Assembly (NCBI GenBank): GCA_033442325.1
Contig: JAWQFM010000007.1
Coordinates: forward strand, 1,236,675 to 1,284,421
Direction of reading: 5' to 3'
Length of the DNA: 47,747 bases
From: Salpingoeca rosetta
Lineage: Eukaryota > Protista > Choanoflagellata
In this document: positions 39,889 through 47,747 of the stretch, piece by piece
How positions within the stretch are numbered: position 1 is the stretch's first letter
Layout of the letters: the number at the start of each line of letters is the position of its first letter
Position numbers and translations under genes: made by a program
The notes under the pieces: model-generated
Told to the model about the DNA's origin: nothing
The model's database searches: none
Seen by the model: only the letters and a program-made list of their open reading frames with translations

Positions 39889-40095
39889 ATGTCTGGCAAG
39901 ACATCCAAGACAGCCACCCTCAGGAAGGTGGAGCTGCCAAAGGAGGTCAGTTGTGTATGTCGGTAGCTATTGTGCGTTCCTGTGTTTGTGTGTCTGTCGG
40001 TCTGTGTCTGTATGTTTGTGTCTCTGTCTGTCTGTCTGTCTGTCTGTTGTTTGTTTGCTTGTCTGCATAGGTAGCTTTTGTTGTGTGTGTGTGTG

Positions 40096-40131
<36 letters not shown>

Positions 40132-40657
40132 GGTGTGTCTGTCTGTCTGTCCGTCCGTCCGTCCGTCTGTCTGTCTGTTTGTGTTGTCTCTCCAAGTCGA
40201 GGGTCATGATGAGCGTGCGCCTCCCGCCTGTGCAAGCCATCATGTGGTGAGGCTCATTGCCACCTGTGACGCGTTTCAGACACCCGAAGGTGGAGATGTG
40301 CTGGCTCCAGGATCACTGAATCCTCGTCGTATGCGCCGTATCATTGCCGAGGACAAATCGTGGAACCAGGACCGGGTGCCGTCACTGGTCGACCTCTGTG
40401 TCGGCGCCATCGTGCGCAACTTCAAGGACCACCCAGTCACAGACCAGCTGCCACCAGAGTTTCGCCAGCGCGTCCTTGACGAGCTGCCCTCCAATCTCCC
40501 GCTGGACCTTACTGTGAAGCTCATCTCCGACGAAAACTACTGGAAGCGCGCTGCTACCATCATGACAGATCAGGTCCACGATGTCTCCAAGCACGGCGAC
40601 TCATGGAAGCGCCTCTTCTTCGAGAAATACGTGCAAAGTGCGTTCACACACGTGGTC

Positions 40658-40733
<76 letters not shown>

Positions 40734-42232
40734 TACACACACACGCAAACGTGGTCCATGTACAAGTGAAGGTTGTTACACTGCACATCGACATCCAACA
40801 CAACACGCCCAGCACCTTGCGTTCACCCACCTACGCCGCGCGCCTGCTCACTAACTTCTGCCCCCATCCTTCCGTTTGACGCTTTCCACAGATATGGTGG
40901 AGTCATACATTCCAGGCACAAGTGCAGAGGAGCCGCTCCACCGTGTGCTTGCCCTCGCCAAGGAATACGTCGTGTCCTTGACGATCACAAGCCTACAGCC
41001 GCCAGCCAAGGTTCGCTTTGGTTGTGTGTGTGTGTGTGTGTGTGTGTGTGGTCAGCGGGTCGTGTCACAGCTTCCGTAACCCGCGCATGGCTATTGTCTC
41101 GCTATCACATGAGTGTCGCAGTTTGGCGGGTGCTGCTTCTGTTGCAGACATGTACTCCTTACCCCGGCGTTCTCGGTTGACACGCGCCATCTTTGCTCGA
41201 TCACACACCATGTTGCTCATCTTGATACGCACACGCATGCGCGACTTTGCTCTCCGTGTGTAGGCAGCGGTAGAGCAGGTGCTTGCACCGCACGCGCTGC
41301 CAGATGAGCTGAGCATCCAGGGCGCACTGTCATCCTCACGGAAGGACGCGTCTCGCCTCATCAGCCTGCTTGATGATCCAAATGCCATCCACAAGGACAA
41401 AGGAGACGCGACCGGGAACGCAGGCAACGACAACGACGATGATGATGATGATGACGATGATGACGACGACGATTCTGTGATTGCAGACCATCTCGACATT
41501 GGCGCAGTGGTCGAGCAGCTGCCAAACCTCCAGTCGTTGAGTCTCTGCTACAAGGTGCTGTGACTCGCGCGTTGCACATGCTGTGCGTGCTGAGTGTGTG
41601 GTCGTGCTTGCCATCACGTACGCATCTGCGTGTTTGTGCGCGCGTGTGCGTGTCTGCCATATCTGTAGCGTAGCCGGCGTTTACTCATGCGGGTATATTG
41701 GTGTGGCTGCTCAGGTCAAGGACTGTGGGATGAAGTTCAACTGGTCCATGTTCGGCATGACGTCCGGCGATGCACAGATGCTGGCAGAGTGTGCCAAGTA
41801 CAGCGGCAAGCTGCGTTCCCTCTCCGTGACAGAAAGGTGAGCTGGGCCCAGGCCGTCTTTGCACCAAGTGATACCGCTCTGTGTTGTGTCCCGCCCTTGA
41901 TACATGTGTCCTGCTTTCAGTCACGTCTGCACTGTTGTTTGTGTCTGTGAGTCTGTGAGTCTGTGTGTGTATGTGGTAGTCTGTGTGTGGGGGGGGGGTG
42001 CGGGGTCTGTGTATGTGATTGTGTGTGCTTACTGTCTTCCTCCATGGCTGCAAATCTGTGCGCCTGCGCTTACACCTGATGTGATCTCGTTGGCCCATGT
42101 GCAGCATGATGAACGACCGCCACGTTCGCCGTCTCGCTTCCAAACTTCTGGACAACGAATTCCTCACACGCCTCGACCTCTCCCACAACGAAATCTCAGA
42201 CAAGTATGCCGCGTGCGTGTGTTCATATCTGG

Positions 42233-42287
<55 letters not shown>

Positions 42288-43161
42288 TGTATGTGTGTGT
42301 GTGTTTCGTCATTTTGGCGTTGATAGCTGTGCACTGAGTGGCGTAGTTTGCTGCATGTGGCTCACATACTGCACACTCTGTTCCCGCTTCGAATTGTGGC
42401 CGTCACCACCACCACCACCACCACCACCTTTGCAGGGGTGCGCGCGGACTGGCCAAACTGCTGAACGCGCATTCGAAGATCACATACCTGTGCCTGGCAA
42501 ACAACCAGATTGCTGAGCACGGCGCGCTGGCGCTGGCCAAGGCCATGAGGAACAACAACGTGCTGACCACGCTGGATTTGCGGCTCAACAACATAGGCGA
42601 CAAGGGCGCATACGCTCTTTTCAAGGAGGTGGGGCGCGCCTTGCTGCCATTTTGACGCGTGCGGGGACGGCGGTGTTATTGCAAATGTGCACTTGGGAGG
42701 CTTAATGGTTGTGTCTGAGACACCAGCACTATGTGTGGTGTGTGTAATGTGTGCGTGTGTTCGTATATGCGAACGCTCGATGTCGGGGCCAGCTTCTCAC
42801 CGTCCTTTCCCCCATTTCGTTTGTGTGCTCTGTGTTGTGTCAGCTTGCGCACAATTCAACCCTCACCACGCTCAACGTCAGCAGCAACAACCTCACCCAT
42901 CGCTCCACCGCAGCCCTTGGGTGCGATTTCGCGCTTGTTTTCTCGTGCTCTCGTGTGTGTATGTGTGGGTGCGTGGGTGTGCGTTCTGTTGTAAGCCTGG
43001 GGCGCGGTGGGTAACAGCTGGTGTGCGCCATTTGCGTGTACAAGTTCGTTGCTTCTCACCAATTGTGCTTGCTGTTGCACTGCAGAGAGATGCTGGAGAA
43101 GAACACGACTCTCAAGTATCTTGACATCACCTGCAACGAACTCGGCGATCCTGCCGGAAAG
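39889..43161 (+). CDS. DRC5: Dynein regulatory complex subunit 5 (TCTE1/DRC5), LRR protein; terminal exon(s) not found
   Basis: Exons 39889-39945, 40280-40637, 40892-41010, 41264-41554, 41715-41836, 42105-42203, 42436-42628, 42844-42920, 43086-43161. Motifs [11 protein letters not shown]...[22 protein letters not shown] and [13 protein letters not shown], then RI-type LRRs ([24 protein letters not shown]). Confidence 0.93.
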
Positions 43162-43385
43162 GTGCGCACATGCCACCCTCCCCATGCTTTGTGTGTGTGT
43201 GTGTGTCTGTGTGTCTGTGTGTCTGTGTGCGCGCGCGCGTGTGTGTGTGCGTGTGTGTGTGTGTGTGCGTGTGTGTGTGTGTGTGCGTGTGTGTGTTCTT
43301 GAGTGTGTGTCTGTGTGTTGCTAATGGCAGCTGGCTGGCTCTGTGTGTGACCTCTGTGTTGTTTCTCGTTGCGATTTGTGTGGAC

Positions 43386-43717
43386 CAGACGTAAAGGTCT
43401 GTCAGTGCATCTGCCAGCCATGATTGCACCTTCAGCTCCTGTTGAGTGACAAACACGCAAAGAGGCACATGAGTACGTGCATTACTTCAAAAAAAAAAAG
43501 CGCACATCAGCAAGTCGCAAGGCTGCCCGTGGCTGCGCAATGTCACGGGTCACAACAACCAAGCACGTGGCCCTGGTGGTGACCTTGAGGGACTGGATGA
43601 CGACGTCGGGCTCCACATTCTCATATGTGCAGTGAACACGCGCACCCATGGAAATGGCCGATGCCTGTTTATGTTTGTGCGTGTGGTCGCGTGTGTGTGT
43701 GTGTGTGTGTGGTCGCG

Positions 43718-43813
<96 letters not shown>

Positions 43814-45666
43814 TGTTTGTGCATGTGTGAGTGTTTGTGCACGTGTGTGCATGCGTGTGTGAACGTTAGTGTGCATGTGTGTGAGTGCATTGTGCCTCGG
43901 CTGAACGTACAAGATCGTATCATCGCTCGGCACGCTTCAAAGCTGTCATTGGCTGATGTCGATCCGCCCACATCTGTGGCGGTCGGTGCGCGGACATCGC
44001 TACATCAACACGTCAGCATTCTCACCATGATGTTGCCGCGTTGGTACTCGCCAACGAGGTTGTAGGTGCGTTTGTCGAAGCGCTCGGGCCCGACAAGGAT
44101 CTCCGCAATGCACTGCCACAATTGACGTATTTCAGTTGGTGAGTGCACACGCACGCAGGCGGTTGTTATGGGTATGTAACAGGCACAATCCATCGCCGCC
44201 TCCCTCTGACTCCTCAAAAGGGAAGAGAGGCGCCGTGATGGCTTCCAAGTACGTGGTCGCTTACCGCGCCGACGTCCTCCATGTCAACATGACCGAGGCT
44301 GCCGTCTCGCAGAGGCAAGTACAGGTGTCCATCCTTCAGGACAGGGACAAAGCTGTAGATGTTCTGTTGCGGTTCGTGTGTGTGTGTGTATGTGTGTGTG
44401 TGTGTGTTTATGTGTGTGTGTGTGTGCGGGTATGTGTGTATGTGTGTATGTGTGTGTGTGTATGAATGTGAGTGCCGATGTGCGTGGGTCGATGCAGAGC
44501 CACATCACACGACCCACAGGTCACAAGCTGCCTGATTGCAGGTGTCTGCACGAAGCTGTACCTGGTAAAACATGGCGCAGCGGAGGATGACTGGGCGGAA
44601 GCGGACCTGGCCCTTATCCCCAACCTTGAGACGGACGGGCTTGTCTGCGCGCCCCAGGACGTAGTCCTCGATCTCCTTGAACTGCTGGTGGAACACCGTG
44701 TCACGAGTATCTACAAGCATGCACATATGCGAGGATGTGAGTGCGTTTGAGTAACTTGTGCGGGGGTCGTGTGGTCGTGTGTACGTGCACGCAATAGGCG
44801 TGACTCAAGAATATCGCAGATGGAGCTCTCCACTCAAGAACCGGCCTTTGACGAAACATATTCGCCACCGCCTGTGCAAATTGCTGCGAACCTGCTCCGA
44901 TGACACTGACGATGACGGCGTGTTCGACACCGTGGTCGAAGCAAGCGTCAACAAACGCCTTTGTGACCTTGACCCGGTCTGTCGAGGCAAATCACACGAC
45001 GCCGCACGGAGAAACAAGCAACAAAGAAAAGGGTGTAGTCAGGCAAAGTCGCCGCAACACCTTGCAGCGTGCCAGGATGCCGTGGTTACACGCATGGGGC
45101 ACACGCACGAAAGTGTACTGGAACAGTGTGAACCCTCACAAGCTGCCATACCTTGGGACGTGGGCACTGCAAAGTATGCCCTGTTGACGCCCTCGAACAC
45201 AGGATCAAGTAGATGCCGCTGCATTATGTCGCCAGTAATAACCTTTTGTGTTGTGGGTTGTTATGTTGTGTGTCGTTGTTGGGGTGTGCGCATGGGCGAG
45301 AGGGTGAGCCAGTGTGAGCGCACGTATGTGTGAGTGTGTGCGCGTGTGCGCGTGTGAGGTTGTATGTGTGTGTGTGTGAGAGCGTGAGTAAGTGTGTGAG
45401 AGAGTGTGAGAGTGTGAGAGTGTGTGAGGGTGAGCCAGTGTGAGGGTGAGCATGTGAGTGTGAGTGAGTGTGGGTGGGTGGTTGCATCCTGATTGCAAGA
45501 GGTCGTGCAACATATGGACAACAACAAACAATGCTCGGGAAGCATCTCGCAAAACATGCCTCGATTGGGAGGTCCTTGAGGTCTTCATCGTTTGTCTTGC
45601 GTCGAATGCAGGCCCGAATCTGCGTTGTGGGCTCGCGCTCCAGCAAGTGCTGGATGGTCGACAAGC
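43386..45666 (-). CDS. NmrA-like / atypical SDR NAD(P)-binding protein; internal exons only, first and last exons missing
   Basis: Minus exons 45666-45560, 45242-45152, 44978-44892, 44710-44562, 44363-44265, 44112-44026, 43664-43584, 43438-~43386. They read [10 protein letters not shown]...IRACIR...PIEVITGDIM...[12 protein letters not shown]...[22 protein letters not shown]...[11 protein letters not shown]...[16 protein letters not shown]...TYNLVGE, which is a typical NmrA layout. Confidence 0.85.
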
Positions 45667-45674
45667 CTGCAAGG

Positions 45675-45675
<1 letters not shown>

Positions 45676-45760
<85 letters not shown>
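45676..45760. repeat. (CA)n microsatellite at the 5' break of the NmrA-like gene
   Basis: Perfect CA run, representative of the many intronic GT/CA tracts in the window. Confidence 0.95.
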
Positions 45761-45762
<2 letters not shown>

Positions 45763-45831
45763 TGTTGTCGGTGAATGAGACAAGGGGAATCAAACAAACC
45801 AACCGTGGCGGGCAGAAGCGTTGTTGCCAAC

Positions 45832-47453
45832 ATGCTTCGCTCGCTGAAGGAAGTGGAGCGTGAGCTCTCACCAGGGTTCCTCTTGTTTCTCCATGATGAT
45901 GGTTGGGCATTCTCCGCTGTGGCAACATTCAGCGAAGAGGATGCGCTGCCTGCGCTGCTCCCGTTTGATCGCGCATCTCGGCTGCTATTCAAGGTGCGAA
46001 TCCCATGAGCGTATGCTGTGTCAACGTCGTCCTTCCATCAGGCAACCGTGTGTGAAGCGCCATGTGCTGCAAACTGTAACACGGTTGCACATGCACATAT
46101 TTATGCGCTGTCACATGCGCATACATGCTGTTATCACCACCTCACATCTGCGTTCTGCCCTGCTTGGTGGGCCAACCATAACAGGATATTGACGCCGGAC
46201 GTCTGTCCCACATGCTGAGGGACATCGTGGGGCAGTCACAGTGCCCCATAGTGGACGGCTGTGTCATGGTGGAGGTATGAAGTCTGTGTGTGCAGTGTGT
46301 GTGTGTGTGCAGTGTGTGTGTGCAGTGTGTGCAGTGTGTGTGTGTGAATGAGTGTGCTTTCGGGGGATGTCCCAATATACTTGCATTACCGCACGCCTGT
46401 ACGCAGCGCGCGCATGTGTGTGCAGTGTGTGTGCAGTTTGTATGCGCGCATGTGTGAACATATCGCTGCATCACATCTCTGCGAGCGTGTGATCCAGCGT
46501 GCGCACTTGCGCTGGCCCCTTCTGAGCCTGCACGCCCTGCACCCGCCATTGACATCCTGCACTCACGCCATCGGGTTGCGGTTGTGGCTCCAACAGGTCC
46601 GGGACTATCGTGTGGCGTTCCTGGACTACTCGCAGATTGACACGAGCGGGGACATCCTGCCCTCCATTCGCCGCCACGTGCTCCGACCGACCACCGAAGT
46701 CATGCTCGCCGACATTCTGGAGATGCACAGGGCCGCCAACCCAGACGCAGCCCCGCCATCAAAGTGGGTCGTTGCGCTGTTGGCGGTGGACACGTCGCTG
46801 ACCTTCCTCATGATGGGGACAATAATAGTCATGGAGGCCGCGTGTGTTGTGTACTGTGTGTGTGTGTGTGTTGTGTGTTGTGCGTGTGTATGTGTGCTGT
46901 GTGCTGTGTGCTGTGTGGGTGCTGAGAGCTTGTTTTCGCGCCGCCTTGTGTGTTGCTTCAACGCGCATCTAAACATTCCACCCCAACCACACACACACAC
47001 ACACTTCCCCAATACTCATCCTCACACACGCAATGACGCCACACACAGCGACACGGTGATTGCGCTGGAACGAGCGCTTCTGCAGCACATGAAGCCCGAG
47101 GTCGAGTTGAAGCCAAGTACGTCTGTTTTTCGCGCCAAAGCGGCACAATACTACGACCAAAACATGTACAGCATCTTCGGCAAGAGCAGGCTCAGGTTCA
47201 GCAGAAAGATCCTCAGAGGTGCGTTCCAATGCACTTTGGAGGCAGCCACCTGTGTTGCTTGCTTGCTCGCTTGCATGCATTCATGTGCCATTTGCGCGCG
47301 GCTGCCATTCTCACAGCATGTCACTTGCCCCTCCCCTAACCACTCGCACATGTACACAGCTCACTTGCTTGCCGCAAAGCAAGCTGGCGGCAAGGGTGCT
47401 GCAGCCGACAAGCACCAGCCAATCGTAGACTTCCTCCGCAAACACCGACCTGC
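45832..47453 (+). CDS. SPT20: Spt20 family SAGA complex subunit, 5' part; the gene continues past the window
   Basis: Exons 45832-45993, 46185-46274, 46597-46763, 47049-47218, 47360-47453. Spt20 signature LPFD...DIDAGRL...DGCVMVEVRDYR...RRHVLRPT...LADI...IALERALL (human SUPT20H, as recalled: GCVIAEIRDYR...HILLRPT). The start codon assignment is tentative. Confidence 0.85.
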
Positions 47454-47747
47454 GTAAGAGCACACACACACATGTACATTACCTGCACACGCCCACATAT
47501 TCGCAGTTGTACACGCACACATTGATATCGCACACATGGAGCTCACTCACACGCACACACACACGCACACACACACACACACGCACACACACACGCACAC
47601 GCACACACACACACACACACGCGCGCGGCTCATAGATCATTTTATTTATAAGCACTTACTATGATTTACAATCAACTCTCTTCTACATTCTGTCTTATCT
47701 TGTATGCGCATATTCTTTTTTTTTTTTTTTGTTTTTGTTTTTTTCTT

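Noticed and set aside
43331-43423. Candidate DRC5 last exon LAGSVCDLC...CQP*
   Set aside because: No LRR similarity, and it overlaps an NmrA exon on the opposite strand.
44017-45333. Apparent plus-strand exons ([10 protein letters not shown]..., [11 protein letters not shown]..., VTQEYRRW...)
   Set aside because: They are antisense to the phase-consistent NmrA-like exons on the minus strand.

Overview
This is eukaryotic, intron-dense, GC3-rich DNA whose introns are full of (GT)n/(CA)n microsatellites. The style suggests a choanoflagellate such as Salpingoeca rosetta; that is an inference from composition and gene content only. Most long ORFs in the supplied track are repeat or antisense artefacts, so I built gene models by hand from splice sites and codon phase. 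The window holds eight genes: the 3' part of PDK1 (+); a single-exon hypothetical ORF (-); a complete 33-exon axonemal dynein heavy chain of DNAH3 type (+); a 23-exon EF-hand/coiled-coil/Myb protein (+); a 10-exon TENT5/FAM46-like nucleotidyltransferase with degenerate catalytic residues (-); DRC5/TCTE1 (+, 3' end missing); an NmrA-like Rossmann protein (-, both ends missing); and the 5' part of Spt20 (+). The standout finding is that the dynein needs two consecutive single-nucleotide exons (C at 15248, T at 15459) to encode the conserved FNCSDGLDY motif of AAA1. Each is flanked by an AG acceptor and a perfect GTAAGT donor. Family assignments rest on my recall of the protein families, not on a database search.
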